DNA of 64,000 nucleotides from Botryllus schlosseri (taxonomy: Eukaryota). Positions 43,040 through 53,600 of the stretch are shown here, piece after piece; within the stretch, counting starts at the first letter, position 1; each line of letters begins with the position of its first letter. The notes below the pieces were generated by a model. It ran no database searches. It saw nothing but the letters and a program-made list of their open reading frames with translations, and was not told where the DNA came from. The stretch is from positions 17,484,001-17,548,000 of the forward strand of contig CM119381.1 in the NCBI GenBank assembly GCA_051294905.1. Reading direction: 5' to 3'. A program made the position numbers and the translations under genes.

Positions 43040-44870
43040 ATTTTAGTCATCAACATCCCAAAGGTTGCTGTCATTGCTCCGAATATTTCAACTTCTTTAC
43101 CTCGGAATCAAAAGCGCACAAGTACAACACACCAGAGGTGGTCAAAGTAGTCAAGAAAGCTACACAAGTAGAAGTAGCGATGAAAAAAATCTACTCAAGT
43201 ACGAGTAGAAGTACTTCTTCCATAAGCAACCTAAAACTACTTGAAGTAGAAGCAGAATTGACTGACTTTAAATCTACTCAAGTAAGTAAGTAGTTGTGAA
43301 AACGATCGTCATTCGTTCGCAGGGATTGTCAAAAGGTGCAAATAGAGCTACGCGAAAGGTGCAGATCTTGCTGCATATTGATGCATACCAGGAGGTGTTC
43401 AATTTTCGAGACCATATGCATTCGTCCGCATCATTGGATGAAAATGATAGTATTGATATGGAAATGCGATATTAATCCTCTGTTTAATCGAACAGCACGT
43501 TTTAGAAAATGTATCATGGTATGGCGCACTCCCCCATATTATGAGATCAGTAGTTCAGTCGAAGAGCAATACGGAGAAGTTGTATAGGATACGGTGTAAA
43601 CACTTTGCACGATTAGTAAACGTGATTAAAAACTATGGTGGATCGTAAAAATGCCATATTTTGTAGCTTTATATCCGGAAATTAAAGGCATTACTACACG
43701 TGCTTGCACACTTCAACATGTATGTTATGCAGACAAAAAAACTGATATTAATCAGAACTCAAAGTATATGATACTGGGAATTAAAAGTGAAGTATAAATA
43801 CTACTTCTAAAAGCGGAAAATGTATTTCATGTTTTTAGTCCCGAAAGTTTCAAAGGTAGAATGCTAAAACAGCTCTAAAACTAAAAAAAGTCAGAGTACA
43901 CTTTTCCAGATTAGGTCACGCCATGGACTGCTAGATTACGATATGATACGTAAATGCTAGATAGCAAAACATCGGTTTCAGACGTTATGATGAGCCATAT
44001 AGAATGTGATGAAATATTTCATATGGGCGAAGGGCGACAATGCGGTGTGAACGGAACCACGCCAACCCGCTACCTAAATTATTCACCGATACTCTCGTGA
44101 AATCATACTGGTTACTCCCTATCCACTGAGCGCGAAGCGCGACGAAAATTATTGGCTTTACTAAACTTTAATGAAAATTAAATGTTGAGACTCTTTGAAA
44201 ACAGCCTCGAAATTCCTCAGGCTATCTTCCCGATTGGAGGATTAAACTACTTCTACTTGACAAACTGAAAATAGCGAAAAGTAAGTAAGTAGTTCACAAA
44301 ATATTACGAAGTATAAGCAGAAGTAGCGAAAATCAGATCTACTTGAGTAAGTGCCAGAAGTAGAGGAAAATTACTTGAGTACTTCGAAAAAGTAGAAGTA
44401 CTTCGTTACTGACCACCTCTGCAACACACGCGCGTCCACATCGTCCAAATATCATATGATCGACCGAAAAGATCATCGCTCCATCAAATATGCCGGAACT
44501 GATGTGTGGAACAGTATCCTGCCAGCCATCCGACAGTCGACGAGCATGTCCACTGTCCAGTGTCCACATTCAAGTCAAAATACAAGCAGCCACTACTAAA
44601 TAAATACTAGTCCATCCTCCAGATTATCGGACCACGACTGACCTATCGATCTCGCCTTCCACGACATGCCACTCCATTTTTGTCGCTTGCTTTTTTTCTA
44701 TACTATAATCTTCTTTTACTTTTCATTCAATGTGCATGCCTCCCCCTTACATCGCCTAGGCCAAGGTGGGTGTCTGATTCCATAGACTACTCCAAGTCGC
44801 TTCGACACCTCCCTATCTTTTCATTGTATCGCATTTTTGTGGTGTATTGAACTGATAAAAATTGCTAATC
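43040..44870 (+). mobile_element. 3' remnant of a CR1/L2-group LINE, interrupted by the hAT at 43133-44421
   Basis: Removing the hAT and one TSD gives EYFNFFTSESKAHKYNTRASTSSKYHMIDRKDHRSIKYAGTDVWNSILPAIRQSTSM, then (after a 7-bp triplication at 44547-44567) STFKSKYKQPLLNKY* with TAG at 44608-44610. This matches the HxYNTR...WNSLP...FK C-terminus of CR1/L2-group ORF2. Outer boundaries approximate. Confidence 0.75.
43133..44421 (+). mobile_element. Non-autonomous hAT element, CAGAGGTGG family, copy 2 (1289 bp)
   Basis: TIRs CAGAGGTGGTCA / TGACCACCTCTG; perfect 8-bp TSD CAACACAC; colinear with copy 1. Confidence 0.95.
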
Positions 44871-45044
44871 AACCAGCAATGATGATGCAATGATGCTGCA
44901 GACTAATCAAATTTCCAGTTGGCCTTGCAAGTTCACAATCTGGGCAGTTCATTTTTGATAATATAACTAATTTCGAAAATTACATCGCGGGCCGCTCCTG
45001 ATTTATATTATTGGCAAGATCAATAACTGTAGACTTGCTTTACT

Positions 45045-45781
45045 GCACCGGATGTTCCCGGGGTACCCCAGGGGTTCCCTGAGCCAGTCTCATGGGTTCC
45101 ATGGAGGTCAAGACACTCACTCGATCAATTCATACAGCCTAGGATTTGAGATGAAACACCCGCCTTGACCACCATTCATTGCAGGCAATTTGCCCTGATT
45201 ACTATACTAGTGTCGATACGTCGTGTGCAACGGTGTATGAAGGATAGGCTGGGGTCCAAAATTTTTCTAACTCAAAAAATTCATTCGTGCGAGGTGCGAT
45301 TTCATGATAACGGTCGTCTTGATTTTAATATAGATAACATCAGAAGTAGTGTTGGAAATGGACAGTGGCTACGAGAAATTTTATTGAAACCTCACGTGGT
45401 ACGAACGCTAAAAAGGTCAGGAAACACTCTTCTCTTAGAGTATAGCGTTACATTATAGCGCTATTGCGTTTCGACCGAGAATGCGATGGCCCCTTCCAAG
45501 GTGAAGCCACACATTCTGTACTGGTATCCGAGAGGGAACAGCAGAATAGTCACACAATACATATTCATTACAATGTTTCATTTTGAGTGAAAATGATTGT
45601 ATAACACTATGTTGATGCAGAGCTCATTTAGTAAACAATAATCAATAATTCTGTACTAATAGTGTATTAGATGTGTAGTTCGATTTGCATTGCATTCTAG
45701 AACTGAAAGAAAATTTGGGGATCCCGCAGGCTTGCAGCTTAGCGTAACTGTTCCCTAGGTTGGTAGTGGAAGAACCACTGA
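45045..45781. mobile_element. Possible decayed Charlie-like hAT element
   Basis: GTTCCC GGGGTACCCC AGGGGTTCC left-end-like motif near 45055 and GAAGAACCACTG right-end-like motif near 45770-45780; no TSD; whether both belong to one element is uncertain. Confidence 0.3.
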
Positions 45782-46292
45782 ACTAGACTACTAGGTAATA
45801 AACTAGTAGAACTTTTACCTGTACGTCTGTCTCTTATTTAGATAGCTCAGTGGTCAAAACAATGAAGCTGAGCGCAAAATAGCAGCAGGCGATCGGCGGT
45901 AGTCCTGTCATCGACTGTCGCTTGCGACACGAAACCATCCATCGCGGCATTGGAAGCATACACGACCCAACGACACGGAAAGAAATATGACTGGCGTTAT
46001 CCTTCCTGTGGCCAAATTAATTTTCACAGATCAGTAATCGTGAATTTGAGATACATTGTTTAGCCTATGCGCATCATTATTACAAGAGAAACAGTAATAC
46101 CCAAAATATTATTTGTATATCATCATTTTGATTGATTGATACGCCCAGCCAAAATTGGTGGTCACTGGAGCAGAAAGACAATGAAAACAGCGTGGGTTCT
46201 GTATATTCGTGTATAGTGACTTTTCTTCCAAAATTCGAAAGCTCCTATGAAGCATCTTGCTGTTTGCCGTAGTGAGTGTTAGTTCATTTGCC

Positions 46293-47567
46293 ATGTTTGC
46301 GGTAAAATTTGCTAAATCGATAAAAAACAACCCAAAAAAATCAGTTGTTGTAGCTGGAGCGCTAGCATGGGCTGCTTCGTACGCAAGAGATAAATATGTT
46401 GCGTTTCTGACGGTTCGAGGTGAATGTCAATCAGCGGTGTTATTGGGACGACAGCCGCTAAACCAATTCCAGAACCCGACCCGCGTGTCCGTTTTCATAA
46501 ACCCGGCAGCAAATAACGGAAAATCCGTGAAATTATACGAGAAATATGCCGAGCCGATCTTGCATTTGGCTGGATTCAAAGTTCAATTGGTGAAGTTGCA
46601 GTATGAAGGGGAAGCTAAACAGTTGATGTCAGTTGTGGACGAAACGGATATTATCGTTTCTGCAGGAGGGGATGGCACCCTGACCGAAATTGTGACAGGT
46701 TTACTCCGCAGACCAGATGACGAATGGAAAAAAATTCCAATTGCAATTTTACCTTTGGGAAAGTCAAACACATTATGTAAACGCTTATTGCCGGATGCCG
46801 ACCATGAAAAACACCCTCACCTTATCAGTTCGGCTGCAACTGCGATCACCAAACAAGCATGCACTCCAGTTGATGTGATGCAAATTGAGGGGTCGGAAGG
46901 CAAAACAGTTTATGCCGTGAATAGAATTTCTTGGGGAAATTACTGTGACGTCGAAGAGAGATCACGTAAAATGTGGTATCTTGGTTATCTAAAACCGTAT
47001 GCCGCATATTTCTTGTACTACCTCAGAGGGCGCTTGGATCCACAAACTTTCAAAGTTGCTTTTACAGATCCCTGTGAAGCTCCTGGTTTAGTGGAAAATG
47101 CTGACTATCCCACACAGCAGCAGCAAATATCAAGCTCGTCTGTTCTGTCAAGAATTTTCACAAGACTTTGGCCGTGGCAGTCATCGTCTGCCGATGCCCA
47201 AGATGAATTTCCAGAGCCACAAGAAGAATGCTCAAATTACGCCTGGCACGGCCATGAATCGTCGAGCGTTGAATTCACAGCAGAGGCAAACACCCATCTG
47301 ACGGCAGGCAATCGTGATCTGGCCTCCATAAAAGTGTTCGTTAATAGCGACACGGCATCGATAAATGACTTCTTAAGCCAAAAGGATCATGATTTTTCAA
47401 AGGTGCAAGAAACCTTTGATGCAGGCTCGTTCCAAGTGTCATCCGATGAAAGTGCTTCTGAAAACCGATATATTTCTATTGATAATGATAGGTACGAAGC
47501 AATGGATTTAACAGTGAAACTGTTGCCAAACTGCATAAAAATGATCCACTCTCCATCTGCTGTATAG
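46293..47567 (+). CDS. AGK: Acylglycerol kinase, mitochondrial (DAGK-family lipid kinase), single coding exon, 424 aa
   Basis: N-terminal MFAVKFAKSIKNNPKKSVVVAGALAW like vertebrate AGK; VFINPAA, PILHLAG, YEGEAKQL, SAGGDGTLTEIVTGLLRR catalytic motif, KMWYLGYLK, and C-terminal ISIDNDRYEAMDLTVKLLP all align by eye to AGK. First ATG is 46293; the ORF-track start at 46257 is a TTG. Confidence 0.97.
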   Translation: MFAVKFAKSIKNNPKKSVVVAGALAWAASYARDKYVAFLTVRGECQSAVLLGRQPLNQFQNPTRVSVFINPAANNGKSVKLYEKYAEPILHLAGFKVQLVKLQYEGEAKQLMSVVDETDIIVSAGGDGTLTEIVTGLLRRPDDEWKKIPIAILPLGKSNTLCKRLLPDADHEKHPHLISSAATAITKQACTPVDVMQIEGSEGKTVYAVNRISWGNYCDVEERSRKMWYLGYLKPYAAYFLYYLRGRLDPQTFKVAFTDPCEAPGLVENADYPTQQQQISSSSVLSRIFTRLWPWQSSSADAQDEFPEPQEECSNYAWHGHESSSVEFTAEANTHLTAGNRDLASIKVFVNSDTASINDFLSQKDHDFSKVQETFDAGSFQVSSDESASENRYISIDNDRYEAMDLTVKLLPNCIKMIHSPSAV

Positions 47568-47650
47568 GCTAACTATCTTGTGATGTTTTATTATTGATAT
47601 TACTGGTATATGATAACATTATACTACAATTATGTTCAGTGTCGCATCAT

Positions 47651-47662
47651 ATTATGTTTCAG
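47651..47662 (+). promoter_or_regulatory. Splice acceptor 30 nt upstream of the NAT10 ATG (trans- or cis-splice)
   Basis: ATTATGTTTCAG| resembles NAT10 acceptors such as TAATGTTTTCACAG and TATTTTTCAG; a second TGTTCAG ends at 47639. Confidence 0.5.
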
Positions 47663-47692
47663 AATTTTCTGTAATTACCAAATAGTATCAGT

Positions 47693-50600
47693 ATGGTTCG
47701 GAAAAAGGTTGATAATCGCATAAGAGTCCTCACCGAAAATGGCGTGGCGTTGAATCAAAGGACTATGTTCGTAATTGTTGGGGATCGGGGAAAAGATCAA
47801 GTCGTCATCCTACATCACATGCTATCGAAAGCTGCTGTGAAAGCAAGACCCTCAGTTCTTTGGTGTTACAAGAAAGAATTGGGTTTCAGCACGTATGATC
47901 ATTATTTATTGTCATAAATTTTAATATCCTTGGCAAATAATTACAGTAGAGACTTTGTATTATTGATATGATTTACTCGCTATTAATATGCTTACACAAT
48001 GACTAGACTTTTCGTAGCTGAAATTCTATAATATTTTTACATCATTGATATTTGTTGTATTATAGAGACTCTTGGAGGTACAGAACTCAAGTATAAACCC
48101 AGACTGGAATCGGTGGTTGTTTTCGTCAATAAGTTGCGCGTGACAGAAGGGTTTCTTCCGTAGAATAATTGAAGAATTAAATGAAAAGTTGCGCGTGACG
48201 TTTGCCACCAATTCCACTCTGGATATAAACTGAATAATATATTCATATTGAAATATAGCCTACCTGGATATTTTCGGCTGATACTCGTCAGGGGTAATCG
48301 TCACTCCTCTACTAGTTCACTACTATAGTTGCTGACGATTAGTCCTGACGAGTGTCAGCCGAAAATATTCGGGTGTCCGTTGATATACATCAGTGATACT
48401 ACTAAAATGTCACTTACGAAAAGTCGAGTTCGGTCAATTATTATTCATGATCATTAAGTGATCATAACATCATAAAATATTTCTCTAATAACAGAGTAGT
48501 TCTGTCGAATTAATTGAATTGTCATATTGTAAGATTGTAAGGGGATCAAGTCTGCACTACTTAAATGAGTTGGTCAGTTTACTTGCCAGACTGCTGTGTA
48601 TATTGCACTTGAATGTAGTACCAAACAATAATCCAACATTTAGAAATCGTAAGAAAAGAATGAAGCATCTTCAGAAAAGAATCTCGAAAGGCACTCTGGA
48701 TGTGAATGAAGACGATCCTTTCGAATTGTTTGTTGCCGCAACCAACGTCCGGTATTGCTATTACAATGAGACGCACAAGATTTTAGGAAGCACATATGGA
48801 ATGTGCGTCCTTCAGGTAATGTGATTTTAATGCTACTATCATACACGCTTAAAACTTGATACTCATGTGTCATGTAAACTTGAATTCCATGTCTGGATAT
48901 TGAATAAATTCCCTCTCTCCAGGTTTGTTTTTTGTTAGATGTGAGCCTATTAAAATTCAGACTATGCCCGATCGACTATTACACCTAAGGGTAGCAATTG
49001 TGATTATTGTGATGCAAACGCGAGGTTGAATAAGCATATTATTTGTTGCACCATGGAAAGTTGATGGACGGGTTCATCTAGTGATAATTCTACATTTTCC
49101 AGGATTTCGAGGCACTCACGCCAAATCTTCTGGCTCGGACCATCGAGACAGTCGAAGGCGGCGGAATCATTTGTATCCTGTTAAGAACTATGAAGTCATT
49201 GAAACAGCTCTATACGATGACAATGGTATTGTGCCAGCCGTTATGAACTATGATTAGTTGGGTATTAATTTTGATTGGCATTTAGGACGTTCACTCACGA
49301 TTCCGTACCGAGTCGCATCAGGATGTGGTCGGACGCTTCAATGAAAGGTACGAATCATTTCACACGACACGAAGTTTGATGCTGCAGATTGACATGAGCC
49401 CAAATCTAGTGGCAATTTTGTATCTTTGATTAGTTGGTGGTTATTCGGTGCGATTTCACTCCCAAGTATATATACCACCCATTGTAACTTAACTTACTAC
49501 TTTCAAAATTTAATGTTGCCACAACCAACCATATTTGCTGTGTTAATATTCCGGTTGTGTCCTATTTGTTAGATTATGATTGTTGTCCATCAATTTCAAG
49601 TTTCATATCAAATCAGATAATGTTTTCACAGATTTCTACTATCGCTGTCGTCGTGCAAGCATTCGTTGGTGATCGACGACCAACTCAACATCTTACCGGT
49701 ATCTTCACACGCGCTTAACATCACTGCCATACCTCCAAAGCCGGCGGAAGAATCAATGCTACCCAAAGAAAGAGAGCTGGCCGATTTGAAAGAAAGTTTA
49801 CAAGTAACGTTTGCCTTGCACGGTTGCCGCCGAGCGTTTTTCACATTGAGATTTCCCAGGACACTCAACCGATCGGGTCAATCGTGAACTGTTGTAAGAC
49901 GATGGATCAAGGTAAAGCGTTGCTGAAGTTTATCGACGCGATTTCCGAAAAGACGCTACGCGCCACTGTCGTGATGACGGCAGGTATGCAAAGAGATTAA
50001 AGCCACGGTCGCGACTTTACTTTCAAAGCGACTTATTTTCTGCTTTCCAGCCAGAGGAAGAGGCAAGTCTGCAACACTAGGTCTGGCGCTGGCCGCCGCG
50101 GTCGCGTTCGGTTATTCTAACATATTTGTGACGTCGCCAAGTCCCGAGAATCTCAAGACCCTCTTCGATTTTGTATTCAAAGGCTTCGATGCTTTGGAGT
50201 ATCAGGTACCTGACCTTGCTGTTGCAAACTGGGATATTTATATCATGTCTCACGCCCGCTGCTTTCGTGTAGGAGCATATCGACTACGAGTTGGTTCAAT
50301 CCACCAACCCAGCCCTCAACAAAGCGATCGTCAGAGTCAATATATTTCATGAACATCGGCAAACCATTCAGGTACTTACTTGTTGGCCAACTTGATTTCG
50401 TGAATGCTGTGCTTCTCCATTTGACTTCACTTGACTAATTCACTCGTACCTTTGCAGTATGTGCATCCCACCGACTCAGCTATGTTAGCGCAAGCAGAGC
50501 TGTTGGCTATTGACGAAGCAGCAGCTATACCATTGCCACTTGTCCAAAAGCTCATGGGCCCGTATCTGGTATTTATGTCTTCCACCATTAACGGGTATGT

Positions 50601-53600
50601 TGAAATATTGGTTAGGGGGCTCTAGCCTTGTTGAATCTGATTGTTGTTAAAGTTACGAAGGAACCGGTCGATCGCTTTCGCTCAAACTGGTACAGCAATT
50701 GCGGCAACAGAGTGCGACCAACTGGGCTGACTCAAAATCGGTGAGACACTTGCAGTATTTACTTTTCGGTGACATTCATTGTCCTTACTTGAATTTAAGA
50801 AAAAGTAGTATTCTACAATGTCATTTATCGTTACTTGAATTAATAATTATGCAATAGTTGTTGTTGATGTCACGCTAGTAGACATAACCCATCTAGAGCA
50901 TCAGCATCAACAATAGATCGCCATTGACTCCATGATCACCCCTGGCGGAGATTTTCTGTGATATATGTCGCCATTTAGAGCGGCGCTTGATATTTTGTCA
51001 TGGCCGCGTGTGTTTCAGACAAAGTCCCCTCTCGGACGGTCGTTGTACGAGCTTACGTTGGAAGAATCGATCCGATACGCTCCAAACGATCCCGTGGAGA
51101 ACTGGCTCAACGATTTGCTGTGCCTGAATTGTACGTCGTCGTCGCCTCTCGGGCTCATTGGGGCCGGATGCCCTGTCCCTGATGCGTGTGAACTATATCC
51201 TTTGCTTAGACGTTTTGTGCTCATAATATGACGTGTTCCACGGTGGTATTACGGAAGCTAGTCGACAGAAGCGGTGTCGACCGCGGGGTGGCGGACTGCG
51301 AGTTTTTCAACTACGCTGTGATGCAGCGATGCAGGGGCTCGGCATTCAAAGTCTACTTCCCTAGGGTCACCATAGTTTGAATTCCAAAAAAGAGGACACT
51401 TTTTACAAGGTATTAAAGCTTTGGTAGTGGTCAAGGGTAAAATTTTTGCGGATAATATTATTGGGTTGACTGAAAGAAAGTAATTCTTCCAACTCGACTC
51501 TCGTAAGACCGACTCCCACGTGAATTCGCCTTTTTTGTCAACCATGCCGGCAACCAATCTTCCCTCTAATTTGTGACGAGTCTGCTCACACTCACCAACT
51601 CACTGCGCAGACCCTTGGAAAACCGTGCGTAACGACTAAAAAAAAGGTCATCACTTCAGATTTTTCGTGCGCAAGTTAGATTTTCTGTGCGCAGAGACCG
51701 TGAAAGCACTGCGCATTTGCGCACGTGCGTAGCTTAGAGGGAGCATTGCCGGCAACCCTCTCACAATCTAGATATGACGTCATTTATGCCATTTATTAGC
51801 CGTCCCTGTACAGTCGCCTGGCTATCAAAGCTATAAAGGAGGACAAATTGCCAAAAATGGGGACATTTTCGATTCCTTGGAAGAGCGGGACAAATCATCA
51901 AAAGAGGACATATGCTAACCCTATGTACCTGATGCCAGTTCTGAGACTGCGATTCTCTTCAAAATGCGTCTTAGTAAACCACCTGGGTAGTGCTAGGGAA
52001 AGTTTTAGAACTTGTGATAAGACGTTAAAATTTGGAATAGTTTTCATTGTTCTTCCTCATGATTATCTGTTAGTGTTTATATTCAATCGAAATCAGTATG
52101 TGGCATCTCCTTGACTCCGATCGCACATATTACGTGAATCGCGACACTCTGTTTTGCTACCACAAAGCGTCGGAATCTTTCCTGCAAAAGCTCATGTCTC
52201 TGTATGTCGCCTCGCATTACAAGGTATGCGGTCGTGATTGATTTTCCTCCACCTTTCTGTTTCGTAACCGCCTCGCGTTTAGAATTCTCCGAACGATCTC
52301 CAGATGTTGTCAGATGCTCCAGCTCATCATATATTCTGTTTGCTACCGCCCGTCAAGCCGGATCAAAAGAACATACCGGACGTCTTGTGCGTTTTGCAGG
52401 TAAGATAAATTTATTTGCCCCCCCCCCCACCCACGTGGCCATTTCTGGGAATACGCCTGTTTTTAGGTGTGCTTCGAAGGGGAGATTAGCAAGGAATCGA
52501 TATCCGCAAGTTTGAGGCGAGGCAAGCGTGCCTCTGGCGATCTGATCCCGTGGACGATATCGGAGCAGTATCAGGACCATCAGTTCGGGAATTTGTCGGG
52601 GATTCGAATCGTAAGTGTTTGAAGTAGATTCAGTATGCTTTCAAGTGTGGTCAGGATCGATCATTGGCTAGAATTCTGTGTCAATGTCAGTATCAGCCAC
52701 TTGATGGTCAGTAACGAAGTGCTTCTACTTTTTTGCAGTACTCAATTACGTTTTGCCTACTTGCACTTCGATCTTTCGATTGCTTCCACTTCTACCTGAC
52801 AGTTAGATTTCAGTTTCTTAGGAAAAGCTGGCCTAGAAGACTTACTTTTCTGCTATGAAATCATTACGTCTACTACTTGAGTACCAATGATGACTACATC
52901 GACCACCTCTCTGGTCATCGTTATGCGTTCGACAAGAATATAAAAGATTGTGTAACTTGTAGATGTATCAGCATATTTTGTGAATTTCGAGAAGTAACTT
53001 TCTCATCGTAATGCAGAGACACTCACTCGCCCTATATTTCCGAAATATTCCCTTGTGCCGATTACGATTTCTGATTTAGGTGAGAATCGCCACGCATCCG
53101 AGTTACCAAAGCATGGGGTACGGGGGACAAGCGTTGTCCATGCTGCAAAAGTATTTCGAAGGCAAAATATATGACATATCGGAATGGTCCGGGCCGCGCG
53201 AAAATGAACTCGCCATCAACAGAGTAACGGAAGAGGTACGGGATTTTGCAATCAAATGTCACTCCAAATGTTTTAAGATATTATAATTTGCGCCTCTTTA
53301 CCAGGACGTCGGATTGCTGGATGAGGCAGTCGTGCCTAGGAAGAATCTTCCCCCGTTGTTGTTGAAATTAACCGAAAGGAGACCGGAAAGACTGGACTAC
53401 ATTGGCGTGTCGTTCGGACTGACCGGACCGCTTTTAAGGTGCTCTTGCGTACCCTAATATTAATTAATTAATTAATTAATGACTGAACCGTTGCGCTTGC
53501 CTCAAGGTTTTGGAGCCGGCAGGGGTTTGTGCCGTTGTATTTGAGACAGACCGCTAACGATTTAACGGGAGAGCATTCGTGCATCATGCTGAAAGGCCTC

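Larger units (their letters stand above)
51195..52126 (+). other. U12-type (minor spliceosome) AT-AC intron 11 of NAT10, 932 bp
   Basis: 5' site ATATCCTTTG at 51195, branch box TCCTTGAC at 52108-52115 (A at 52114, 12 nt from the end), terminal AC at 52125-52126. Splicing here gives GAA CT|A TAT TAC GTG AAT CGC = ACELYYVNRD, the conserved NAT10 sequence. Confidence 0.93.

Noticed and set aside
45841-45900. GATAGCTCAGTGGT resembling a tRNA A-box
   Set aside because: No B-box and no cloverleaf; at best a decayed SINE head.
46257-46292. ORF-track start of AGK
   Set aside because: TTG start; homology to AGK begins at ATG 46293.
48601-48622. TATTGCACTTG, identical to the 5' half of miR-92
   Set aside because: Diverges after 11 nt, no complementary 5' arm, lies in the 3' splice region of NAT10 intron 1.
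49430-49570. Two short hairpins in NAT10 intron 4 as an H/ACA snoRNA
   Set aside because: No properly placed H box or 3' ACA.
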